A DNA stretch of 64,000 nt from Candidatus Poribacteria bacterium. Lineage in GTDB: Bacteria; Poribacteria; WGA-4E; WGA-3G. Under the pieces are notes generated by a model, which saw only the letters and a program-made list of their open reading frames with translations, had not been told where the DNA came from and made no database searches. The stretch lies in assembly GCA_022821065.1 (NCBI GenBank), contig JAJEEK010000079.1, positions 12,839 to 76,838 of the forward strand. Direction: 5' to 3'. Made by a program: the position numbers and the translations under genes. This document shows, piece by piece, positions 8,545 to 18,184 of this stretch (position 1 is the first letter of the stretch; each line of letters opens with the position of its first letter).

Positions 8545-10355
8545 ACTTTAAGACAACGCTCATTATCATTGTCCTCCTTATCGGCATCGGTGGTGCATAC
8601 TACCTCTTTTTTCAGGAATCGTCTGATGACGCATCAACGGACGAGAAACCGATGATCCATCAGGCCTACGGTGTCGCGCGCGATACAGTACAACAGGTCG
8701 AAATCTCGTTTGCCGATACTGCGTATCAGAACCTGAAATTAGAAAAAGACGGGACCGGAAACTGGCAACTCACCAAACCTATACAGGTAGATGCAGACAC
8801 TAAAAAAGTCAACCAAGTGTTGGATGACATCCTCAACAAACGCATTAAACAGACGCTTGAAGTGCCTGCCTTAACACAGTATGGACTCGATACACCGAGT
8901 ATTACACTCTCACTCTGGACGAATGGAACGGCACCCGCAGCGACCTTTTTAATTGGTAAAAAGACGATTAACTTTTCTGTCTATGCCAAAGAGGAATCAG
9001 AACCGCATATCTTTCTCATTGAATCCAGCGCACTTGACGACCTGACGAAATCCACGACTGACCTTCGGGACCGATCAATGGTTAAGTTCGATACGGAAAC
9101 CGTGTCTCACATTCAACTTCAGCAGCAGGGCACGATTTCCTGTATGAAGCAAAACAATACATGGCATATCCTCCTACGCCCCGGTATTCAAATAATTCAA
9201 GCGAAGGCAGATGCACAAGAAATTGAGACGCTGCTTTCGGAATTGCTTACATTAAAAGTATCCACCTTTGAGGCAGACGGTGCAGATGCTAATAATCCTG
9301 AGCGATTGGAAAAATACGGGTTGGATACTCGACGTATTCGAGCACAGATCACAGACGCAGATCACAGATACGCTATCAGCATCGGCTCGGCAGTCCCAGC
9401 AGAGACTGGAACGCAAGGACAGGTCTATGTTAAAGTCTCCACTCATCAAGATGCTATCTATACTGTGTCTGAGGATGTCTACAATTTGCTCAATAAATCT
9501 GTCTTTGATCTACGGGATAAACGGGTTATAGATTTTGAACGTACCGATACAATCCGTTTTGAAATCAAGAAGGGTAAAGAGACAACTATTGGCACAAGGA
9601 ACTTTGATGATACTTGGGAATTACAAACGCCGACAAGGAAAATAAAAGCAGACGCGGATGCAGTGAGCGATCTGCTTTTCGGTGTAGATTCCCTTGAGGC
9701 CGCCGCATTCGTTGAGGGTCCTAATGACAATTTTGTGTCGTATGGATTCGTACCGCCGTCTATTGAGGTTGCGTTCACACAACGCGGTGAGGAAAAACCT
9801 GCCGTTCTGCTGATCGGAAACCGGACACAGGACGGGACTGTCTATGTCAAATCCGAACAATCCGAACAGGTTGTTCGGGTCAAACCTGCCTTAATCGATA
9901 ACATCGCATTGGGGGCAGCGTGGCTACGGGATAAGCAAGTGCTCAACTTTCATATTGACGATGCCATTCGGATGACTTTTAACGCGTCTGGAGAAGAGTC
10001 TGTTACATGCCGACGTTTGGGCACTAATTGGCGGATTACCGCACCGGTGAAAGAAAATGCAAACAATGTCGAAGTGAACGCCATTATCTATGAGCTGGAC
10101 GATTTGATGGCAGAGGCATTTGTCAGGGAAGAATCCATAACTACCGGTTTAGACAAACCGAACATGCAGCTAACCATCGAACTCCGGAATCAGAAAGTGT
10201 ATACCTTGCAAATCGGCAAGCCTGATGCGTCCGGACGTTTCTACGCACGGCTACAACATGAACCGGATCTAATTTTTCTGCTGAACGCAGAACTGGTCCC
10301 AAAACTAAAAACAACACTGGCACTGCTTCGTACTTCCGAACAGGGAACCCTATAA
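8541..10355 (+). CDS. DUF4340-like protein with an N-terminal signal anchor, a GldG-associated partner
   Basis: The TTG at 8541 is preceded by AAAGGAGAG and yields MNFKTTLIIIVLLIGIGGAYYLFF. The track's start at 8514 is a GTG. The position after GldG matches the usual DUF4340 synteny. Confidence 0.45.
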   Translation: MNFKTTLIIIVLLIGIGGAYYLFFQESSDDASTDEKPMIHQAYGVARDTVQQVEISFADTAYQNLKLEKDGTGNWQLTKPIQVDADTKKVNQVLDDILNKRIKQTLEVPALTQYGLDTPSITLSLWTNGTAPAATFLIGKKTINFSVYAKEESEPHIFLIESSALDDLTKSTTDLRDRSMVKFDTETVSHIQLQQQGTISCMKQNNTWHILLRPGIQIIQAKADAQEIETLLSELLTLKVSTFEADGADANNPERLEKYGLDTRRIRAQITDADHRYAISIGSAVPAETGTQGQVYVKVSTHQDAIYTVSEDVYNLLNKSVFDLRDKRVIDFERTDTIRFEIKKGKETTIGTRNFDDTWELQTPTRKIKADADAVSDLLFGVDSLEAAAFVEGPNDNFVSYGFVPPSIEVAFTQRGEEKPAVLLIGNRTQDGTVYVKSEQSEQVVRVKPALIDNIALGAAWLRDKQVLNFHIDDAIRMTFNASGEESVTCRRLGTNWRITAPVKENANNVEVNAIIYELDDLMAEAFVREESITTGLDKPNMQLTIELRNQKVYTLQIGKPDASGRFYARLQHEPDLIFLLNAELVPKLKTTLALLRTSEQGTL

Positions 10356-10380
10356 CAAATCGGAGCAATGGTTGAACGCT

Positions 10381-11598
10381 ATGCAGACGTATATTATCGC
10401 AACCGCCTATTTTTTCTTTATTGTTCAACTGCTCGTTATTAGTCGGTCTTTTCTCTATGCGCGGCGCCAACGCAACGCGAAAAGACCCGCCTATACACCA
10501 AAGGTCGCAATTATCGCACCCCATTACGGATGGGATGCTGAAACAGAGGAACACGCCAAAGGCGTTTTGCGCCAAGAATATGCCGGTGAATACGAAGTCT
10601 TCTTCGTCACACACCAAAAAGCTGATGCCGAGCACGATGTTTCGTATCCACACTTATGTGAAATTGCTGAACCGTATCCTAACGTCCATGTCCTATTAGC
10701 ACCAAATATCGTTGATAATGACCTCGGACGCTCGCAAAAAGTACAGAACCTCCTAACAGCGATAGAGACACTGCCAGATGATGTTGAGGTTATCGCTTTT
10801 GTGGATGCTGATGTCGCTATCCAAAAGGATTGGTTAACCCTGCTTGTTAATCCGCTCCAAGAACCAGAGATCGGAACGACTGTCGGCGGAAGGTTTTATT
10901 TTCCGCAAAATTGGAACATCGCAGCTTTCGCTGAATCGATCTGGGTAAATTTCCAGATGAGTTTCCAAGGCGACCATCTGTACACAATGGTATGGGGCGG
11001 CTCTAACGCCTTCCGACGCGAGATGCTCGAAAAAGCGCAAATCCTCCAACGCTGGGAACAAGCAACTATCGAAGACCTCAACACCACACTCGCAATGCGA
11101 GATGTTAAGCACAAGGTACATTTCGTTCCAGATTGTGTGGCAATAACACAAACTGCCAATCGTACATGGAATCAGGTTATGGAATTTACCAACCGTCAGG
11201 TAATTATGACATTTCACATGGGGCTATGGGTGCAATGGTTAACGACGCTCCTTGTGTGTTTACCGAAAGGCATCTGTGTGTTCGGGTCAATCCCGTTTCT
11301 ATTTCACAGGAGAGAGTTACTACCGGTTATCTTTATCCCTTTTCTGGAGGCACTGAGTTATCGTCTCTTTTCTAAAAACTTACCACGCTGGCTCCAAGAC
11401 ATGCCAAACGTACGGCAGACAATTGGCGTCTCCTCCTACGTTACCTCAATCGGGATATTCTTAGCGGGTCTCAATGCCGTTTATGCTGTATTTCAACGCA
11501 AAATCACTTGGGGCGGTGTGCGATATGAAATTCTGTCCGCAACAAAATGTAGAGTCTTAGGTGTCGTCCAACGAAAACAAAAAAATAGTACGTCGTAA
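10381..11598 (+). CDS. glycosyltransferase family 2 membrane protein
   Basis: GT2-type DxD region FVDADVAIQKDW after an N-terminal transmembrane segment, with several C-terminal transmembrane segments. It resembles ceramide glucosyltransferase or HpnI-like GT2 enzymes. The track start at 10372 is a TTG and the ATG at 10381 is used here. Confidence 0.5.
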   Translation: MQTYIIATAYFFFIVQLLVISRSFLYARRQRNAKRPAYTPKVAIIAPHYGWDAETEEHAKGVLRQEYAGEYEVFFVTHQKADAEHDVSYPHLCEIAEPYPNVHVLLAPNIVDNDLGRSQKVQNLLTAIETLPDDVEVIAFVDADVAIQKDWLTLLVNPLQEPEIGTTVGGRFYFPQNWNIAAFAESIWVNFQMSFQGDHLYTMVWGGSNAFRREMLEKAQILQRWEQATIEDLNTTLAMRDVKHKVHFVPDCVAITQTANRTWNQVMEFTNRQVIMTFHMGLWVQWLTTLLVCLPKGICVFGSIPFLFHRRELLPVIFIPFLEALSYRLFSKNLPRWLQDMPNVRQTIGVSSYVTSIGIFLAGLNAVYAVFQRKITWGGVRYEILSATKCRVLGVVQRKQKNSTS

Positions 11599-11694
11599 TT
11601 GAAACATATTTGATTTTTTTCGTAAAGTGTGGTATAGTATTCATGCAGGACTTAACAGCTGACCTTGTCGTTATATTTATCGGAGGAGAAAAAA

Positions 11695-12108
11695 ATGCGT
11701 ACAAAAAAAATTATTAAATCCGAAAAAGAGTGGAAAGAACAGCTCAGTCCAGAAGAATATAAAGTGACTCGGAAAAAAGGGACAGAACGTGCCTTCACAG
11801 GGAAATACCACGACTGCAAAGAGCAAGGAACTTATCACTGCATCTGCTGCGGCAACCCGCTCTTCAGTTCCGAAACTAAGTTTGATTCTGGAACAGGATG
11901 GCCCAGTTTTTGGGAATCTATCACCCCAGAGGCTATTGAGATGAAATCAGATCGCAGCATTTTTTTCATGCCGCGTACCGAAGTCGTCTGTAGCCGATGC
12001 GATGCACACCTTGGGCACGTTTTTGATGACGGACCGCCACCGACAGGCGAACGTTACTGCATGAATTCCGCTGCACTCACACTCGTAAAATCAGAAGATG
12101 AATCCTAA
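11695..12108 (+). CDS. msrB: peptide-methionine (R)-S-oxide reductase MsrB
   Basis: CxxC at [19 protein letters not shown] and [10 protein letters not shown] form the classic SelR/MsrB signature. The ATG at 11695 is preceded by GGAGGAG. Confidence 0.8.
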   Translation: MRTKKIIKSEKEWKEQLSPEEYKVTRKKGTERAFTGKYHDCKEQGTYHCICCGNPLFSSETKFDSGTGWPSFWESITPEAIEMKSDRSIFFMPRTEVVCSRCDAHLGHVFDDGPPPTGERYCMNSAALTLVKSEDES

Positions 12109-12252
12109 GTCAGTTATCAGTGGTTAGTCGTCAGTTTTCAGTTAAGAGGTAGGTTTGTAACAATTCACCGTTCCTTTGCTCTGTCCGAAAGAGGCACTTT
12201 GTCACAGAAAAACCTCTTTAACTAATGACCGAAAACCAATAGAGGAGTATTG

Positions 12253-13473
12253 ATGGCACTACGAAGTCGAATCTCATCAAGATTTCTTGTCAATGAACTT
12301 GCTACCGCCATATCGCAGGATTGGAGTACTTCGAGCAAGTTCATGCGCTACCAACTCGCCAAAGAGAGTTTCAACTGGCGGCATCCATTCGGCGCAAAAC
12401 ACGGAAAAGGCGATGCTATTGAATTGGTTAGCCTACGGATTACCGATATGTGTAACCTCCGTTGCCATTCTTGTGGACAGTGGGGCGATAACGGCTACCT
12501 TCACGGAAAATCTCTCAAAGAGCTTAAACAACGCGAAGTTCCCGTCGAAATCTACAAAGAACTCGTTGATCAGATTGTTGATGAAGGCTGGTCACCCGTC
12601 TGGTACATCTGGGGTGGTGAACCGATGCTTTATCCCGGCATTATCGAATTGATGCACTACATCAAAGAGAAGGGGATGCCCATATCGCTCGTTAGCAACG
12701 CGACCAATATCGCAAGACGCGCCGAAGATATTTTGGAAACCTGTAAAATTATCTATTTGAGTGTTGACGGACCGAATGAGGAAATCCACAACACGCAACG
12801 TCCGGGTGTAACAGAGAACTACGACAACTTCAAAGATGTCAAAGCCGCTCTCGAAACACTCAGCGCAGCGAAAGAAGAACGGAATGTAAAATTTCCTTAC
12901 ATCATTCCGCTCAGCTGCGTTACAATGTATAATATCGATGTTGTTGTAGACCTCTATAAATTCACCAGCCAATTTGCCGACGCACAGATCTTCTATCTCA
13001 CATGGTGGATAGATTCCGAATCCGCACAGGCACATACAGAAGAATTTGAGGAACGTTTCGGATTCAAACCGCAAACACACTACGGTTGGATCGGAACGTG
13101 GAAAGACTTTGATCACGGCGTTATTCTCGATCGTTTTGAAGAGATGGAAAGCCTCTCTAACGAACAGCGGCGTTGCCCACCTATTATGATGCCGAGACTC
13201 AATACGAAGGGCGAAATCCAAACTTATTACACAGATCATCAGCAAACCTTCGGATACAACCAGTGTGTCAGCATCTACATGACAATGGAGATTGATAGCA
13301 ACGGCGACGTTAGCCTCTGCCGCGATTACCACGACTATATCATCGGCAACATTAAAACTGATAAAGTTGTTGATATGTGGAACAATGAGAAGGCGATGCA
13401 GTTCCGATCATCTATCAGCAACGACGGACCGATGCCTGTATGCCGCCGATGCTGCGGTCTAATGGGATTTTAG
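12253..13473 (+). CDS. radical SAM enzyme with a C-terminal SPASM/twitch domain
   Basis: CNLRCHSC is a Cx3Cx2C motif, followed by GGEPMLYP. The C-terminus carries Cys clusters (CVSIYM...SLCRDY...PVCRRCCGL). The ATG at 12253 is preceded by AGAGGAG. Confidence 0.65.
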   Translation: MALRSRISSRFLVNELATAISQDWSTSSKFMRYQLAKESFNWRHPFGAKHGKGDAIELVSLRITDMCNLRCHSCGQWGDNGYLHGKSLKELKQREVPVEIYKELVDQIVDEGWSPVWYIWGGEPMLYPGIIELMHYIKEKGMPISLVSNATNIARRAEDILETCKIIYLSVDGPNEEIHNTQRPGVTENYDNFKDVKAALETLSAAKEERNVKFPYIIPLSCVTMYNIDVVVDLYKFTSQFADAQIFYLTWWIDSESAQAHTEEFEERFGFKPQTHYGWIGTWKDFDHGVILDRFEEMESLSNEQRRCPPIMMPRLNTKGEIQTYYTDHQQTFGYNQCVSIYMTMEIDSNGDVSLCRDYHDYIIGNIKTDKVVDMWNNEKAMQFRSSISNDGPMPVCRRCCGLMGF

Positions 13474-13814
13474 TTTTTAATTATCGGGCCTTCGCACAGA
13501 TTGCTCTTATAGAACAATCTGGTTTTCGGTTAATTTGCGGCTGGGTTCAGAACCGAGGCAGTTTTCTTCGGTCTCGGATAAAGGCAGCATCTTTACACAG
13601 AAAAACAGAGTGGAGTTCCATGACAGTTGTAGGTTGGGTTGAACGCAGTGAAACTCAACATATTTATTCAATCTAACCTATCAGTTTAGACGTGACACAG
13701 CAGTAGGTTCCCTGAAACCCTTTTGTCCTTAACCAGAAACCATCGCGAAACATTGTCCTGCAAGCCTCTAAGGCTTGCACAAGGAGCGATGCACGGAGGC
13801 CCAGAGTTAAAAGT

Positions 13815-14678
13815 ATGAAGATAGGATTACGTATTCCCGGTACAGCCCGTCAACTGCCTTTCGCAGACTTCTGCAAATGGTGTGCAGATAACGGGTTTGA
13901 TGCCGTCGATATCGGAGAAGTTACCCCCAAAATTGTCCAAACAGCGAGAGATGCCGGCCTCGCTATCGGCACTGCAGATCTACCCGGCACAAGAGACCTG
14001 CTCAGTACAAAGAAATCAAAACAGAAAGCTGGTGCCGAAGCCGCGAAAGCCGCGATTCAAGCCGCTGCCGAAAACGATGTCCATATCATGTTCTGTGTCT
14101 TCGTTCCTGAAGATGCAAGCCTCGGCAGAGCAAAAAACTTTGATATTTGGAAAGAGACCGTTCCCCCTATCGCCGAATTCGCCGCTGACAACGGTGTCAC
14201 TATTGCAGTTGAAGGTTGGCCCGGTCCCGGTCCCGCCTATCCTGCCCTCGGTTGCACACCGGAGATGTGGCGCGCAATGTTCGCAGAATGCGATTCCCCA
14301 GGCTTAGGACTCAACTACGACCCGTCGCACCTTGTCCGCATTGGGATCGACTACCTCCGTGCGTTGCACGAATTCGCACCTTATGTCAAGCATGTGCACG
14401 GAAAAGATACAGCCTTCGACGAAGAAGCACTCTATCTGCACGGCAATTTAGGACCGAGTTTCCAAAACCCCCGTGGCTTCGGCGAAGACTGGTGGCGTTA
14501 TACCATCCCCGGTGACGGCATCGTCGATTGGCTGCGCGTCGTTCAACGTTTAGAGGATGAAGGATTTGATGGCATTGTTAGTGTAGAACTCGAAGATTAC
14601 CGTTATTGGCGGACGTGGGAAGCAGAATCCGACGGTTTGATCCGCTCACGTGAATTTCTTGATGAGTTTGTGCGGTAA
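13815..14678 (+). CDS. sugar phosphate isomerase/epimerase (xylose isomerase-like TIM barrel)
   Basis: A 287-aa protein with the typical TIM-barrel pattern (GFDAVDI, VELEDY). Confidence 0.55.
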   Translation: MKIGLRIPGTARQLPFADFCKWCADNGFDAVDIGEVTPKIVQTARDAGLAIGTADLPGTRDLLSTKKSKQKAGAEAAKAAIQAAAENDVHIMFCVFVPEDASLGRAKNFDIWKETVPPIAEFAADNGVTIAVEGWPGPGPAYPALGCTPEMWRAMFAECDSPGLGLNYDPSHLVRIGIDYLRALHEFAPYVKHVHGKDTAFDEEALYLHGNLGPSFQNPRGFGEDWWRYTIPGDGIVDWLRVVQRLEDEGFDGIVSVELEDYRYWRTWEAESDGLIRSREFLDEFVR

Positions 14679-14934
14679 TATGTCAGCAACCTAAAATCGT
14701 AGGGGTTTTTGCTTGGGGATTTCTTCAAGGTCTCCTCGCCCGACGCCAATATCATTTATGACTTACGCCTGTTTTCTTTTCTAGCATAGACTGTTAGTCT
14801 GTGCCCGAAAATGACTGTGTTTTTTACAGGGACCTCCATTTTACAGTACGGTCTATGATCAAAATTGTGTAGGTCCTGATTATTAACAAACGCGTCGAAT
14901 CACCTAACAACAGCGCAGTTAAGGAGAAATCACC

Positions 14935-15864
14935 ATGGACACACTTCTTAATACTGGCATGGCAGCTGCGCCTGAGAAATATCTGGCGCACCTAATCACG
15001 AAAGAAGAACGCATCCATTTTGAAGAACAAGGCTATCTATACGTCCCGAACGCGCTTGATACAGAGACGCGCGAAGAACTCATACGGGTTGTAGATGCCT
15101 CACATAGCAAGGCACTCGCCACAGGCAGAGCAAAACCGAGTGTGCATTGGGGTTGGTCGGATTTCTTAGCCACCAACGACGCATTATTAAACCTCGTTGA
15201 TCTGCCGACAACGCTACCAAAAGTCTGGGGTATCTTGGGATGGAACATATACCTCTACCATGCACACATGCACGTCAAACCGCCAGCATCGCCGAATGCC
15301 GAAGATGGAGAAGGATGGCTGGAATGGCACCAAGACAGTGGACGCGTCAATGTCGAAATGGAGACCCATCCACGTCCACGTTTATCCCTAAAAGTCGGAT
15401 ATTTCCTCACGGATGTCTCTGAACCTGGACGCGGGAACTTCTATATCCGTCCGGGCAGCCATCTCAAGTCGGATATGTCTGTCCCAGAATCCGAAATCAG
15501 TCGAGACCCACGCGAAGGCACCGCAGACGCTGTCCCTGACGATGCGATGCCGGTCTGCGTGGAACCTGGAACTGCCGTTCTGTTCGACAGACGACTCTGG
15601 CACTCGCGAAGTCCGAATCACTCCGAAATTACCCGAAAGGTACTCTTCTACGGCTACGGGTACCGTTGGATCCGACCCAAAGATGAGATGACGGTGGAGC
15701 AGCTCTACGAACGTTGTGATCCGATCCGTCGGCAGCTGCTCGGTGCCGCTACCCGAAACAACGGACGCTACGTACCCTCCGAAGACGATGTACCGCTGCG
15801 CGGCTGGCTCATCGAAAACCTCGGCGACAACCCAGCCTACGCAATGGGACCCCGACACGCTTAA
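14935..15864 (+). CDS. phytanoyl-CoA dioxygenase (PhyH) family Fe(II)/2OG oxygenase
   Basis: WHQDSG, a DVSEPGRGNF.IRPGSH region, and WHSRSPN resembling the His-x-Asp...His and Arg motif of PhyH proteins. Confidence 0.55.
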   Translation: MDTLLNTGMAAAPEKYLAHLITKEERIHFEEQGYLYVPNALDTETREELIRVVDASHSKALATGRAKPSVHWGWSDFLATNDALLNLVDLPTTLPKVWGILGWNIYLYHAHMHVKPPASPNAEDGEGWLEWHQDSGRVNVEMETHPRPRLSLKVGYFLTDVSEPGRGNFYIRPGSHLKSDMSVPESEISRDPREGTADAVPDDAMPVCVEPGTAVLFDRRLWHSRSPNHSEITRKVLFYGYGYRWIRPKDEMTVEQLYERCDPIRRQLLGAATRNNGRYVPSEDDVPLRGWLIENLGDNPAYAMGPRHA

Positions 15865-16038
15865 TTTGTAATTCTTTAGGGCGAGGGTGCATACCTTGCC
15901 CTATTCTTTCCTTTCAGTCCTCTACTCCCATAAAAAGAATAGAAACTTTTTCACCAAAACTTGACATTCCTCAATATTTAAGGTAATATACCTATATCTT
16001 TGATTTGATGGAGATGCTCAGAAAAAGCTAACTTTGCA

Positions 16039-16533
16039 ATGTTATCCACAGATAGAAAATCGAGAGTCTACATTGAAACCACAGTCATAAGTTATTTAGC
16101 TGCTCGTCTCAGTCGAGATGCGACGATCGCCAGTCGTCAGCGGTTAACCCAGCAATTTTGGTATGAACATGCTGACAGATTTGAATTAGTAATTTCGCCT
16201 ACAGTCATTTCCGAAGTTAGGCGCGGCAATGCAGAAGCCGTTCAGCGTCGACTTAACCTTATATCGGACATAACCAGATTACCAATGTCAGATGCAATTT
16301 CAAACCTTACGCAAAATTTATTGGATACTGGCGCGGTTCCAAGAAGTGCTGAGACGGACGCAACACATATAGCGATTGCAGCGGTCCATAATGTTGAATA
16401 TCTTGCAACGTGGAACTATAAACATATAACAAATGTGCATAAACGGCAACATATCGAACAAGTTTGCAGAGATAACGATTTCCGACCCCCGATTATTTGC
16501 ACACCTGCACAGTTGATTGAGGTACGCCTATGA
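16039..16533 (+). CDS. PIN-like nuclease-fold protein (putative toxin), paralog of 26282
   Basis: RVYIETTVISY near the N-terminus and DATHIAIAAVHNVEYLATWNYKH near the C-terminus resemble PIN strand and helix motifs. The acidic positions are E/E/D/N, with N where the fourth conserved Asp would be. About 45% identity to 26282. Confidence 0.4.
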   Translation: MLSTDRKSRVYIETTVISYLAARLSRDATIASRQRLTQQFWYEHADRFELVISPTVISEVRRGNAEAVQRRLNLISDITRLPMSDAISNLTQNLLDTGAVPRSAETDATHIAIAAVHNVEYLATWNYKHITNVHKRQHIEQVCRDNDFRPPIICTPAQLIEVRL

Positions 16534-17177
16534 AACCCGATCCGATTCTCGAAGAATGCTACCGTATCAAAGAAGAGTATAACGCCCAATTCAAGGATGT
16601 ACAGGCACTCTTTGAACACTTAAAAGAGATCGAAGCAGAAGAAAAGCGGAAAGGTAGGAAGTACGCGCCTCCACCGCAACACCTTGAATTTAGTGTCACC
16701 GCTGAACACCTTGAATTTGTAATAGATAGAGCAAATAAAGCAGGCACGGACCCGCAAATTGTTGCATTGCTTAAGCGACTCAAAACCGGACTGAAAACCT
16801 GTGATACTGCAAGGGACAACGCCGATGACAATTTTGGCGCAATGCTACAAGCTGAAATTGCTCGCGTACTTATACAAGACTGGGCAATTGCAGCGATCCG
16901 ATTTGCGCTCACCGAGGATACCGACTTGCAATCCGATACCTCTCCTCCGATCGCGGAAGAGGTTCGCCAGATTTTGACAGCTTGGCTCCCCGATTTCAGA
17001 TTCCTAAATTTTACGTTAGAACTCACAGACGAGATGCAGATTGTAACGGAACCTATTATCGGTTTCGATAAGCGGGAAGGACGGGAGTACCTCGCGAGTG
17101 CACACATCGAAATCAGAATGAAGCGAGGCGAGATGCCAGAAAGATTAACGCAGATTTTGAACCGTTTTAACGGCTAA
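16530..17177 (+). CDS. hypothetical protein whose N-terminus belongs to the small PIN-partner family
   Basis: It overlaps the PIN-like gene by 4 nt (ATGA). ILEECYRIKEEYNAQF...EHLKEIEAEEKRKG resembles the 26760 and 2239 proteins, with a C-terminal extension. Confidence 0.4.
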   Translation: MKPDPILEECYRIKEEYNAQFKDVQALFEHLKEIEAEEKRKGRKYAPPPQHLEFSVTAEHLEFVIDRANKAGTDPQIVALLKRLKTGLKTCDTARDNADDNFGAMLQAEIARVLIQDWAIAAIRFALTEDTDLQSDTSPPIAEEVRQILTAWLPDFRFLNFTLELTDEMQIVTEPIIGFDKREGREYLASAHIEIRMKRGEMPERLTQILNRFNG

Positions 17178-17227
17178 CGACTTTCGCGAGCGCGCATCTC
17201 CAAATCGGAATTAAAGGAGTACACCCC

Positions 17228-18013
17228 ATGAAAACGTTATTAATTATTTGCATTTTTGTAGCACTCGCGCTTTCCAGTGCGTTCGCTGCCCCCGAATGGA
17301 AACCTTACGACGATTTTGAGGGTGATTTAGACGCGATTGACGAAACCCCGGGACAGATACCAGACCTCGGCACAAAATGGGTCCAGTTTGTCCCTGAAAA
17401 CCGCTTAGAGATGGGCATCGAGAATGGCGTGTTTCAGATGAAAGTCAAGAGTCCTGGGGGACGCGATCCCGGTTTCAAACTCGTCTTCGGATGGGAACCG
17501 CGCGACATCCTCGGCATCCAGTTCACTGTGAAAGTTGCAGAACTTTCCGATGCTGGTGGATGGTTCGGCGTGCTGTGTACCAATGAGGAACCGAACTGGA
17601 AAAACCCGAATTGGGTGTTCGGCATGTCGCCGAGCCATCAACACAACTGGGGCCCGAAAGGCGTGTTCGGTTCTGGCTCCGTCGGACAACTTGGCGGTTG
17701 GGAAGCGTTCTCCTACGAGGACATCCCGGAAAACACGAATATGCTCAGAACGCTCCGCTTGGAGTGGAACGACGCGAAGCATGAAATGGCTGTCACCGTT
17801 GATCCGGGTGAAAAAACGGAATGGAAAAAGGACGACATCCCTTCTAACGCCGACTTAGGCAAATTCCCGTGGTGGAGCATCTACCTCACTGCCGATCAGG
17901 TGGTTGAGGTCGCCGTTGATGATGTGTTCGTAAAATCGGAGAGTCTACCGTATCCCGTAGAAGCACGCGGCAAACTCGCATCACGCTGGGGTGATATAAA
18001 GTTAATGGAATAA
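17228..18013 (+). CDS. secreted hypothetical protein carrying the C-terminal KLAS.WG.IK tail
   Basis: Signal peptide MKTLLIICIFVALALSSAFA and AAGGAG RBS. The C-terminus ARGKLASRWGDIKLME resembles the tails at 45610 and 46609. Confidence 0.5.
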   Translation: MKTLLIICIFVALALSSAFAAPEWKPYDDFEGDLDAIDETPGQIPDLGTKWVQFVPENRLEMGIENGVFQMKVKSPGGRDPGFKLVFGWEPRDILGIQFTVKVAELSDAGGWFGVLCTNEEPNWKNPNWVFGMSPSHQHNWGPKGVFGSGSVGQLGGWEAFSYEDIPENTNMLRTLRLEWNDAKHEMAVTVDPGEKTEWKKDDIPSNADLGKFPWWSIYLTADQVVEVAVDDVFVKSESLPYPVEARGKLASRWGDIKLME

Positions 18014-18184
18014 TGTCCTTCCTTGATTATTTTCAGATTTCTGGGTATAATTAGTACTGTCAATCTTAGCATAAAAAGCATACATTTCTTAGGATTCACA
18101 CCCCTTTGCAGGCGGGGTTTGTAACGCCGCTTGTAATACTTATTATGGGGTATCTCATGAAAAATATGTAAGTACCATTCATAT

